From: Lingula anatina
Taxonomy: Eukaryota; Animalia; Brachiopoda
Assembly (NCBI GenBank): GCA_051362555.1
Contig: CM120640.1
Coordinates: forward strand, 56,708,788-56,772,787
Direction of reading: 5' to 3'
Length of the DNA stretch: 64,000 nucleotides
Part shown: positions 25,101-37,000 of the stretch, piece after piece
Layout of the letters: each line of letters begins with the position of its first letter
How positions within the stretch are numbered: the first letter of the stretch is position 1
Position numbers and translations under genes: made by a program
The notes under the pieces: model-generated
The model's database searches: none
Seen by the model: only the letters and a program-made list of their open reading frames with translations
What the model was told of the DNA's origin: nothing

Positions 25101-28023
25101 TTCACTCACTCACATATTGTACTCAATTTCTTCAACTTTACAGTAATAAACAAAGTCACTTTTAATGTTTATCCAAGATTTACTACATATAAACATACAG
25201 AAAAAAATCAAAGCTTCAAAACTTTTTAAAGTGGGTTTTATAAACACACACACAAAAAAAATTATAAATATATATATATTCTAGCCTGCTTTACCTGCTG
25301 ATATCCACCTGCCCAATATCTCCATATAAATTGAGCAACACTCCGCCTAGCACATAGCCCAGAGCAGGCCCTATCACAGATATCCCATAGTATATACCTA
25401 AAGACAACATCATCCAATGACATAGCCATGCACTACTATTTTGGATATAAACAATACATACCATGGCTTACTTTTAAACTTGAAAATATCACCCTTACAC
25501 TACTTTTAACCAGTATGATAAGTGTATATGAACTTCCTTTGCCTTTTTTATGCATCAAAGTCAAATTAATTTTTCTTTTTCAACAACTGATTAACTATAA
25601 TTACAGCACCTACTGAACTCCTTTTCGCCCTCTAAAATATGAACAATTTACAAACTTAAAAAAATTCTAATGCTTGCCAGATTATAACTCTAAAATTTTC
25701 ACACTTTGAATAACCATCTGTACCTGTATACAAAGGGGATTCTTTAGTGGACACATTCTCATCCAGATAGACAAAGGCCAAGGTGAACATGGGAGAGCAC
25801 CCAAACCCCTGAACCATTTGTCCAAGGAAAAATACATAGAAATAATCAGACAGATGGGCATCTGGACTTTGACAAAAGTCTGTTTGATTGTTGTTTGAAT
25901 CTAAAACATTGACAAAAAAATATATTAACATAACATTAACAGAAAAATAAATAAAATAATAATTTTGAAAAAATTCTACAAAGGCTGGGAATGAAACACA
26001 ATCATGAAGGTTCTACAAAGGCAGCAATACAACATAATGTACAATTCAACATACATGGTGCATTTTTAGATTTAAATTTGAATTACCTAAAACACAAACA
26101 TCTTCTCGTTCTTGTGCTGCATAGAGGCCTGTAGTAAACTGTGGAATTATAAAAATAACAGAACCAAATCCAAGCAATATTGTACCAACACCTGGAAAAT
26201 AATAGTTAATCAGTGTTATAATGATGTCAAATGAACTCAAAATATAATTGAGTTTTAAAACATTATGAGAAGGGTTAAGTCCTCATTACCACAGCATATA
26301 CATAGTCAAAATGACAATATGGAAAGATAAACAAAGTTCCTTTGAAATAAAGCAATGTACAGTTGGGCTTAAAGCATTTTCTGCTTTATTTACTAAACTA
26401 CATAAAAACACATTTTAACAAAATGCCACTTAAACAAGGGTATAAAATGATGCTTAAAAGATTGAGTATTAAATCAGCAGGTTACACTCTCAAAATTCCG
26501 AGGCTTACAAGATGGGGCAATACTTGTCTTCATCTTTTTTTTGCCATACTTTTTATGTTTAATCAATCTATCTTAATACAAGCAAAAACAGACAATTCTG
26601 TCTGCAAAATTTACCTATCCATTTCCCTTTATGTCCTCTTCCTCCATAGTAGCTTACAAAGACCAGCACTAGCACAGTGGCTATATCATAGCCAGCATCT
26701 ATCACTCCAGCCTGAGTACTAGACAGGTTGAATCTCTTCTCCAATGTTGTTATAGAAGAACTTACAAAACCATTCACCACCATGCCTAGATAAAATTAAG
26801 ATATACTTTTTTAGCAATCAAACATGATAAGAATCAGTTTAAATCCTTTTTTCCTGATTAATGAAACATAAAACATTTTGATCCAACACATATCAAGTTT
26901 TAGGATTAGGCAAGTTCCAAGTGTTGTATGCTAACTTTATGACTGGGTTCCCATACCTAGATCAATCTAACAGGGTCAATCCATCTCCAAGGGGGTTCTT
27001 GCTAAATTGCTTTCAGCTTAAGCGACCTAGAAGTCTGGCAGGTCTACTGAAGCTGCCAAACAATATTTAATTAACCCCTAGCAGCTTCAGTAGGCACGAC
27101 AGGCATCTAAACCACTTAAGTGAATTGCAATTTAGCAAGAATCCCCTTGGAGATAGATTGATCACAGTTAGTACAATAGTCTGGGAATGGTCCCTATGAT
27201 ATGCCTCATGTTTATCTACCGATGGGAATTGTGTTCATATGTCATTCCAAAATAGGCACATGTGTATTTCTATGTTTGTTCTGCAAAGTTTTTTTTTCAA
27301 AAACATAAATGAAGCTAGACACATGAAATGGGGCAGTAAAAATGGGTGGACCGCATAAGAATTGATTATTGTTATAATTTCAAAATATGCAGTAACTCAA
27401 AAATCTGGTTCCACACTGAAAAAAAATTGTTTATATTATACCATCTAATTCAAATTTGTGCATGCTTTGAACTTCAAACAATTTTTCTGTTGTTTCTTTT
27501 GTAAATAAGTTTCATTTTATTTAGAAGTTCAAGTATCAGTAAAATAGACATCTGAGAGGTATTAGGCAAAGTGCATACTTTGGCAAGACACATGTACCCA
27601 CCAGTACAAGTAATAACATGACAACACATGCAACAAAATTATCTTAGTTCTCAATCATATTTAGTATTACACACTGCACTGTGTATTTATATAACATGTA
27701 TGCATTGCTCTGTAATTTGTACCTTGTATGGTCACCATGAAACAAAGGCAAAATAAAAGACACTTGGCATTGTGGCATTTCTGCACACAGTCAGGTTCCA
27801 GTTTTCCCCACCCACACTGATCTTCTGAGTTCTCCTTACAGCCACACTCCAATGTATCTAGTACACCACAGTCTTTGCATACAGTGGGAAGGTTCTGAAC
27901 TGTCTGGTCAGCCTGCTCCTGGGGCTGATCTGTGGGCTTTAGGTGAGCATCACCATGTCCATTACTAACACTAGGTCCATATGAGGCTTCTGCATTTTGT
28001 GTGCTATTGTGATCTTCAGCCAT
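22111..28023 (-). CDS. SLCO4A1: Organic anion transporting polypeptide (OATP/SLCO, most like subfamily 4), ~689 aa
   Basis: 12 coding exons: 28023-27723, 26785-26615, 26191-26087, 25900-25724, 25397-25295, 24996-24875, 24296-24066, 23826-23634, 23383-23224, 23016-22832, 22623-22559, 22367-22111 (2070 nt, in phase). Motifs [24 protein letters not shown] signature [21 protein letters not shown], Kazal-like [37 protein letters not shown]. The subfamily symbol is a best guess. Confidence 0.93.
26941..27194. mobile_element. Harbinger-like fold-back MITE (TTCCCA-terminus family) in a SLCO intron
   Basis: Long inverted arms (atctccaaggggg ttcttgctaaattgc / gcaatttagcaagaatccccttggagat) and a TAT direct repeat on both flanks. 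Confidence 0.75.
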
Positions 28024-28324
28024 AGTGTTGGGCAAACAAATTTGTTATACCATAAAATCTTGACATAGGGCGTATGTCTCAGCCACTGCACCCGGCATCA
28101 CGCAATCAGTCAAAGTGGACACATAGGTGAGTCACCTTGACCAGCAAGTTAACATCGTCAGTCACTTTCAATCTTAACGTGCATGAATCTGCAATGAAAG
28201 GACAAAAGCAATTAACTATATACCAACTCCCACTCAGGCAACTAGGTGATTCAGGTACAATAAAAGTGCTAAATGATGGCCTTTAAATAGCCTGGGCTTA
28301 TTTGTAAAATTTGTACCAGGCCGT

Positions 28325-28326
<2 letters not shown>

Positions 28327-28376
<50 letters not shown>
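28327..28376. repeat. (AAT)n microsatellite
   Basis: Perfect trinucleotide run. Confidence 0.97.
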
Positions 28377-28377
<1 letters not shown>

Positions 28378-28429
28378 TTAAAACGGGAAACATGCACAAA
28401 AACAGTTCACTTGTAGAATATTCTGTTCT

Positions 28430-28960
28430 ACTGTACCTGTTATTACCTTTTTTTCACTTTAAAAACTTTAATCACACCCAAGTTCTGTCAGATAACAAGC
28501 CGACGATCCACAGGTGTTCATACGAAGGCTAACGCAAGGTAAAATGTCGTACATTTATTTTTCACTATTTTAATAAATATGTATTAAATAAACATTATTG
28601 CTTATAAGATATTTTTAATTAAATATGAACATATTTTTTAATATATTTTGATATAAAATCTGTCATGTAACCTCTAGTAACTTCGTTATACGAACACATA
28701 CATAATGTCATCAACGAAAATTACTTCACGCTTTAGAGTTTTCACAAAGGCTCACGGGTAAATTCCAATATGGAAGATAAACTTCAACGCTTTACCGTAG
28801 TTACAGCAGAAAGACATTGCTTTCATGCCACATTTGTTAGGAAAGCGGTATGAAGCAAAGATTTATCCCCATGAAGATATATTCCAACATTTAGGTAAGC
28901 GGAAAACGAATATCGTGAGCATGTTATACTCACCCAAGCATTGGATCGAGAACGTCGAAT
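28430..28960. promoter_or_regulatory. Putative divergent promoter and non-coding first exons of SLCO (-) and LRRIQ1 (+)
   Basis: CpG-enriched patch between head-to-head genes. Candidate plus-strand donor TAG|GTAAGC near 28893 and minus-strand donors near 28435 and 28794. Both coding starts are preceded by acceptors (28189-28190 and 29684-29688). Confidence 0.5.
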
Positions 28961-29689
28961 TTTCACATCATTTTAAGTTTTGTCAATCACTACTACAAAC
29001 AACTATATATCAGTATTCCACACATCAATAAACGTTATATTGAAAGAGGTCCGTGAAATACATGATATGTATAAATGTGCCTCGCTTGGAATTAATAATT
29101 GATGGTAGCAAACATACAAGTATTGTACAACAATGGATCTCTAGAGGACATTTCCCCGTTCTCATCAGTAAACTACCAGTACTACTGTACATGTAACATG
29201 GTTTCAGCTAGTGATGTACACGACTGAATCAGTGGTTGACTGGCACCCATATTTATCATTTGATAGTTCTATTGATATTGAATGTATCATAAAATTGCAT
29301 GTTAATGTTATTGTTAAGTAATCAAAAGTTAATATATACTCAAATTTATAATTTTATGTCAATCACAATTTATCAGAAATTAATGCAAAATATAACTGGG
29401 TCACAATGACCTCAAACCCACATCAATGGAGCATCTTCAAATGCCCATCGGCAGTGGAAATTAGCAGACAAGTAGTTGTAGTGTACCATAGAAATATTAA
29501 AGTCGAAATTTCAGTGTTTCATAAATTGATGTGCAATACACATGATGAGTAAAATAAAATGTGTGACAGAAAAAAGATCAGAATCATTACACTCTCAAGA
29601 ACTGATGCACAGATGAATCGATTTAGAATATGCAGCAGCAGGTAGTTCTTAATAGTTAATATAAGGATTATTTGAAATTTTTCAGCAGT

Positions 29690-31380
29690 ATGAGCTCTGA
29701 AGAAGAAGAGGCCTTGATTGAGGCTGAAATACAAAAACAGCTAGATTTAATTGATGAATTTGAGGCAAATGAAACCATAGAAGATGGGGGTATTGAAGAG
29801 GATATTACCATTGCAGGAGATGAGGTTGAGCAGAAGAGAAGACCTGAGGTAAATTGTCTCACAGGATTGTTATCATTATTACATAATGGCATATATAATA
29901 CAAGCTGAGAACAAACAAGTATTTATAAAATGAGACAGCCAGTCTTGGAACATGATTTAGAAAATATGCTTATTGCATACACACCAAAACAATAGCTAGT
30001 TATGTTACATACTAGTAAAAGTAATTTTTTCATAGTTTATCTTGCTAGAACCTTCAGAGGTCTTTAATGCGCTTTTATAGATACATGTATAAATTATACT
30101 AAGCCAAGTTACTAACATATTGAAATGACTCCCATTTTTCCAAAGATGTCAAAAAATTCATCTTGAAGTTCACAAAATGATTGAGCGCAAGCATTTTTTT
30201 AGTAAGCATGCAAGTATTTGGTGTTTGAATGACTGCTTTATTTTGCCAGTTGCTACGTGTACGTTTCATTGTAGTATTAGTATATCAGTCAAGCAAATGA
30301 AGTAGTCAAGAATTTTTTTTAATTACAATTCAGTAATTTCACTCTTCTTTAAACTATATACAGTCTTTGTATTCATATATACTGCAGCTTGAGGCACCTG
30401 AGTCACGGTTGGACTTCTTTACAATAACATCTGAAGTCGAAAAAGAACTGGAAGAATGTGACGAGATCCTGAAGGAAGCAGATGGTAAGCTACTGTACAC
30501 ATGTCATGTTAGGTGATACTGAAAAGTTAATTGATAAAATTACTTTATGTAATGAAAACAATGGCTAAAATTTAAATATGTCACAACCTTGTAATAAAAG
30601 TATTTAGCCAGTTCAAAAGGCAGTGGATTGCTTGATGAAATACTATTTTTTGGTGCTCAGTTCACATTTTACACATTGCATTTTATAGAAAAGAAGAGAG
30701 ATGACTTTAGGGGCATTTCAGTTGTGTTGGCAGATCTTGCCAGTGAAGCAGGAGAAGATCCTGAAGCTTTCAGACAAAAGGTACATCATTCTGAATAAGT
30801 AAATGACAGTCTTGTAGTGCTCTCTTGTTGTAGAGAAGGCCTTTCTCTGTTATATATCATATTATGTAATAGATCTCCTTTTTTGCTAACACACAAACTT
30901 TAAAGGCTTACCCCAAAAGATCTGTGTTAAGTGGACAGAATGCCCTTTTAAAACTTTTTTTTAACATTTAAGAGTTTTTTTTATCCAATATTAGATGTTA
31001 AAAGAGATTGAAGAATATGAAGCACAAGAAGTCAATGGTGGTATGCAGCAACACTTTGAATTGAAACCAGGTGAGTAAGGTGCTAACCTGTCTTCTTTAG
31101 AAGCGTGACTTTTTAAGGGAGGTTGTTGCAATGTAATGACTTTTCTTATAATATATTCCATTAAATATGACTTATAATGGAACTTATGAAATTACATTTT
31201 TGTTGCTTGTTGGTTCAAATTCTATCCTTTTTCTCATCAAACAGAAGAAGCTGTTGTCTCCTTGATCTACGAAAGTGACATTTTAGAAAGTCAACTAAGG
31301 GAGCAAATCAGAGAATTTGAGGAAAAAAGGATTCAGCAAGAAGAAGAAAGGAAACAGGTAAGTGAATAAGTGAATAATAT

Positions 31381-31435
<55 letters not shown>

Positions 31436-33976
31436 CTGTAAAAAGTCGTATATGGAAACAAGTTTTATGCATGAGGAAGACTACTTTTATAACCCTAGGT
31501 AAGCTGTCTATGCTACGAACACTAGTGTATGAAATAGATTGCATCTATTTACTAAAGATTTTGTTACAAAATTTGCAATAATGTTTATCAATTACCATGT
31601 TATAGTTTGGCTACTTATCTTTATAAAGATTGAGACAAAGATGAAACAAGAGGCTGACAGAAGAATGGCACAGTCAGATGCCCAAAGAAAACAGAAACTG
31701 GAAGAGATAAAAAAAGAAGAACAGCTTTTCCAAGAGAAAAATGTTGTAAGTTTTCATGCTGTATGGCATGTAGTGGGTTTCTACACATTGAATATCAGTG
31801 TCATGCTTTTATTGATTTAAGTTTTGAATTTGTCAAAAAAATGTAGATTTATGAAATATATTTATTCAATTTTGCAAACAAAGCTTGTTTTATCCTTAGG
31901 TTTGATCTCAGCTTAGTTTATAATACCAGGGAAGTGTTTCATAGTCTATGATATAATTCCCTGATCATACAAGGGAGTTACTATTCATGATATATTGTTT
32001 ACTTGTATGCCATCAGGTAAAGTTTTTATCTATTTTCATTTTTTAGGTTAAACAAGCCGAGGTGAATTCTACGGTACAAATGGAACAGAAGAAGTTTGAA
32101 GAATCTATGAAAAAGTTTGAAGTGAGTGTCACTAATATAATAGTAAAAAGAAAAAGAATGTGCATCAGTATGTAGCAAGTAGTTGATTTAATTCAAAATG
32201 TAATAAAAATTCTGGTTTTTATACTTTAATAATTGCTGTGGTTTCACAACCGCTTTCTTTTCATATACAGGAAGAACTGCATGAATTAGAGGTGAAAACA
32301 AAGGAAGAACAGCAAGAGTTGGAACACACTCAGAGACTTCGTGCTGAAAGAATTGAACAGCAGAGAAACAAGGCTGCAATAACACTACAGGCTCATTTCA
32401 AAGGCTACAGGTAAGTATTGTGTGTCAGGTGTTTTCTTTTGCTTCCCTTCAGAGGCTATAGGCGGGCCAGGTGTAGAAAGCCCCCCAAATTCTATTTACA
32501 TGTCATTGTCTTTTTATGAAGTCTGGTAATAAGTATCTGCTCTTGGATAGGATGTAAGTTCTCTTATTATGTTTCGGCATGATGCCATGTTTTAAATTGG
32601 CCATATTTTACATGACATGTTTTAAATTTAATGCACTTGCAGAGTTAAGAAAGAACATGCATCACATCTTCAGCATGTTAAAGAAGAACGTCTCAAAAAG
32701 AAAATGGAAGTTAGAATAAAAATAGTGGAAGAAGAAAGGAAACACAGAGAAGAGGTGAAAAAACAAGAGGAAAATGAAAAAATAAAGAAGCAACAAGAAG
32801 AAAAGGAATTGCTGGAAAAGAAACAAAGAGAAGAACAAGAAACAAAGAGAAAAATGATGGAATTAGAAATGAAGAAAAAGATGGAAGAAGAAAAACAAAA
32901 GCAAGAAGAGGAAAGCAAACAACAAGAAGAAAGAGAGAGAAAAAGAAAAGAAGAAGAAGAAGCAGAGAGATTAAAGAAAGAAGAAGAGAGACAGAGACAA
33001 GAAGAAGAAAAAAAGAGGAAGGAAAAAGAGGAACAAGATAGGATGAGAAAGGAAGAAGAAGAAAGACTACAAAGGGAAGAAAAGCAAAGAAAAGAAGAAG
33101 AAATGAGGAGGAAGAAAGAAGAGGAAAAACAAAAACAACTGCAAGAAGAAATTAGAAAGAAAGAAGAAGCAAAACGCAAATTAGAGGAAGAAAATAAGCG
33201 ACTAGAGGAAGAGAAAATAAAGAAACAGTTAGAAGAAGAGAGAAGAAAGGCTGAGGAGAAGAAGAAACTGGATGAAGAAGAACTTAAAAGAAAGAAAGAG
33301 GCTGAACAAAAGAAGCTTGAAGAGGATAGGAAGCCCAAATCTCCTGTGCTGTCCCTTCCTCCAGAGTTGGAAGAGCAGAGGCTGGCATGGATACAGAGTT
33401 CTATTCCTTGGAGGTAACTCACTTTCACATAAAACACACTTGATTTGAATGAAATCATTTTATACTAACTGAAATAAATTGTTACTGGTGAGTGTCTAAT
33501 AGGATGTGATTTTTTTATTTCTTCTATATGTTTTTATCATCATATGATATTGAAAATGACAATGTTTAAAGTCCAAATTTTTTCATCATCCTTTTTTTTA
33601 TAATTCCCTGTATTTAATCAACTCATTATAATATTCATTCTGTAAAAAATCTTAATTATGTTATGGTTGCATTATTAATTATTATGATTATATTGTATTT
33701 GTGTACTGTGATTGTTCAAATTATTTTGTTTTTAGTGTAGTAAAATAAGCATGTTTTGAGTTCTTCCATTGGGTGTCATTCCAGCAAAGTAGCTGGTGAG
33801 TTGAAGACTAAAAAAGTAGCAGCAGCCAAGAGAGCTCCAAGGAGGCCAGTTTCTGCCAAAAACCTATCACTTCTTGGTGAAGACATCATACTTAATGCAG
33901 CTAAAGTCAATGCACTGGCACAGGTATACACATATTTTGAGTAAAAAGGGTGACTGTTAATTAATCTTACATTGAA

Positions 33977-34046
<70 letters not shown>

Positions 34047-37000
34047 CCACCCACCCACCCACCCACACCCACACCCACCACCACCACCTCCTCCTCCTCC
34101 CGTGTTCATGCATAGATTTCATACAAATTTGTTTGATATAACCAACAATCCCCAACCCCTACCATTATTTGTTTAAGAGACCAAATACATTTTGAGGCAG
34201 CACCCAGCTATTATTTATACATTTTTGAAACATAACATGTTTTTGATAACATCACGAAAATCATTTTGATAATATTGTTAAAACAAACATTTACATAATG
34301 TTAGGGCTAAACATGGTCAAGATACCGCTATGATATACTTCATCAGTTAACACCAGTAATATTTTTATATTAATAATTATATACACAATTTATATAAACT
34401 CTGCACAAACAGTTTATTGTTGTTCATTTAAAATAGAAACATTTTAAAGACATCCCTATGATGCTTTAGAAAAAACGTTTTTTGAAAACCCAGAAATAAT
34501 TATGTTAATACATGAATACATTTAATACATAATACATTTCAATACATTATGTGTTAGCTGGACAGTGATTTTATTGCTGTTTCACACTGATTTTTGAGTG
34601 TGTCTTTCTTAGGTGACTACAGTTGTCTTGAAGGATCTCCCAGGCAGTGTTCTCAACACTCTCTCACAGTGTCCCAAGCTCAAAGCTCTGTCCATGGTCA
34701 ACTGCGGGCTGGTTGCCTTGGATGGACTGGAGGACTGCAAGGAGTTACAGTACATTGATTGCAAGGCATGTTTGTGAGACAGTACACATCTGAATAAATT
34801 GTAGTGTATTTTATTAGTTATGGACCCCAATATGAAGACCTGGAGTTTTTGTTGTGTGGTAAATCATAAATTGATTGTCTGCATTATAGATTAAATATTA
34901 GAAAGTTCCATTGTAGTGCTCTTCTAATAGGGGTTTTCAATATTTTCATTTTCCCTTTTATATTTTATTTTATATCAAGAAGCTAGTTATGGAAATTGGT
35001 CAAAGACATAAAAGAGTCAGTTTTTATAAAAGCTAAGGCAAAGAAGGCCATTTTGTATCACCCTAATGTGAGTGCTCTGATCAATTTCAATTTCAATTTT
35101 CAATTTATTTCTGTACTGGTACATAGATTGTCATGACCTTGTACAATATGATATACAAATGACGATACAATACAGTTAGTGCATTACCATCTTTATATAA
35201 TGAAGATAAGTACTAGTAAAATTACTCATAAAATATTCTATCTAAGCAATGAGATAAACCTTGGTGTGATTATAAATTTACCATAAACATACTATAAACA
35301 TGTTACACAAAAAGAATATGTTTATAAAAAACTTAAAACCACCGTTACATAGCTGTTTACATGGCTGTTCAAAGCCAGTTTGATGACATTGATAATTACG
35401 ATTGATGACAATTACATAAGACAGATAAGTAAATAAGTTACACAGATATAAATATTGTGCCATGTTCAGTCCCACTGCCGAGTCACTTCGCACAACAGTG
35501 GGACCATACACTGACATTTTAAGGGATATGCTAAGAGTTACCAAGCAGAGCAACCACTTCACTTCTTTTCTTGAATGATTTGATTATAAAGTTGGAGAGG
35601 GACACTAAAGTATCTTTGTTGGCACTGTTAAATACATGGCATAATTGACTGTCTGGTGACCTTGAATCAGCTTTTAGGAATGAGGTTTTACTGAAAAAGG
35701 TGACTCGGTCTGTTTTGTACATTGGGCATTGGAATATAAAATGGTATTCATCCTCAATTACCCCTTGTGTGCACAGGCGACAGATTCTGTCGCACCCTTC
35801 AGTTTTTGGCCTGGTTAGCCGCCCAGTTTCGATGTGGAGTTTATGGTCACTAAGACGTAGTTTAGCAAGGGTTGACAAGATGTCGTAATTTGTTATTTTA
35901 TCAACATAAGTTGCCCTTTCACACTTTTGATTAAATATACGGAAGAGAGATAAATATTTGAGAGATCAATGTAGTATTTAGGTATGGCATGTTTTATACT
36001 TTTCAGCTGTAATATTTGTAAAGAAAAATATTCAAATTGGGCATCAGCATGTGAACTCATGGACATTTGGTCACCCAAATGAAATTTAAAAATAGATTGA
36101 GAAAACATACATGGGAAAGATTACTATGAAAAAGAAATAAAAGACACAAAGCATTATGGGGAAAGTTTTTAAAAAATCAAATAACTAAAACCATTTCGAT
36201 GGAGCATTTCATGCCAATAACAATTCTATAACTTCTATTAAGATGCATGCAATGGATTATTTCATGCCAATGACAATTCTATAATTTCTATGAAGACACA
36301 TTCTTACTTTTCACTTTTTCCAGAGTAACGAGTTGGAGATGGTAAACCTGAAGGACCTAAGTAATCTCCTTTACCTTGACATCTCCCACAATTCTCTTAC
36401 CTCCATCCATGGGCTAGAGGGCTGCTCAGACCTACGCTACCTTAACATGTCCAACAACAAGATAACAAGAATAGGTAAGAAAAGCTCACAGTTACATTTT
36501 ACTGGGATGCTTTTTATAGGAGGAAAGTTTTTATGCAATGTTCAAGCGTATTTATGTTGGTACACACTGTGCAGAATAAATAACTATACGCAAATATGTG
36601 AACAAAATGTTATTACTGTAGAAGAATAAAATGAAATACTAGTGTGTAGTGTAGGTGAATACCAGACAGATTTTTATTACCTCCGCCAAGGAGGTTATGT
36701 TTTCACCCCTGTTTGTCCGTTTGTCTGTTTGTCTGTCATCAACATAAGTCAAAAAGTTATGGACCAATTTTGATGAAATTTTCAGGATATGTCAGAAATG
36801 GGTTAACTTAGAAGTGATTAGTTTTGGTGGTGATCTGGATTAATAATCAATAATAATCAAAAATTACTGCCTTTGCAGAGGTCTGCGCTCTCGGAGTGCT
36901 TTTCTAGTTGTGATATATGAACAATTGTAAACATGCATGTGTAAACTTCAATGTGTCTAGTCATTATAGTATAGCATTTTTAGAGACAAGTTAACATATT

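Noticed and set aside
29140-29180. Minus-strand CTGATGA...GAAA resembling a hammerhead core (similar CTGATGA at ~17031 and ~60826)
   Set aside because: No stem II closing G-C pair before GAAA and no stems I/III could be formed.
32670-33458. 262-aa Ser/Phe/Leu-rich minus-strand ORF
   Set aside because: Antisense of the purine-rich E/K exon of LRRIQ1; the lack of stops is compositional.
33776-34155. VCVCVC ORFs
   Set aside because: Translation of the (AC)n microsatellite.
35531-35878. 115-aa ORF as a nested host gene in a LRRIQ1 intron
   Set aside because: It is the C-terminus of a truncated LINE ORF2 with a retrotransposon-type tail and no start or promoter.
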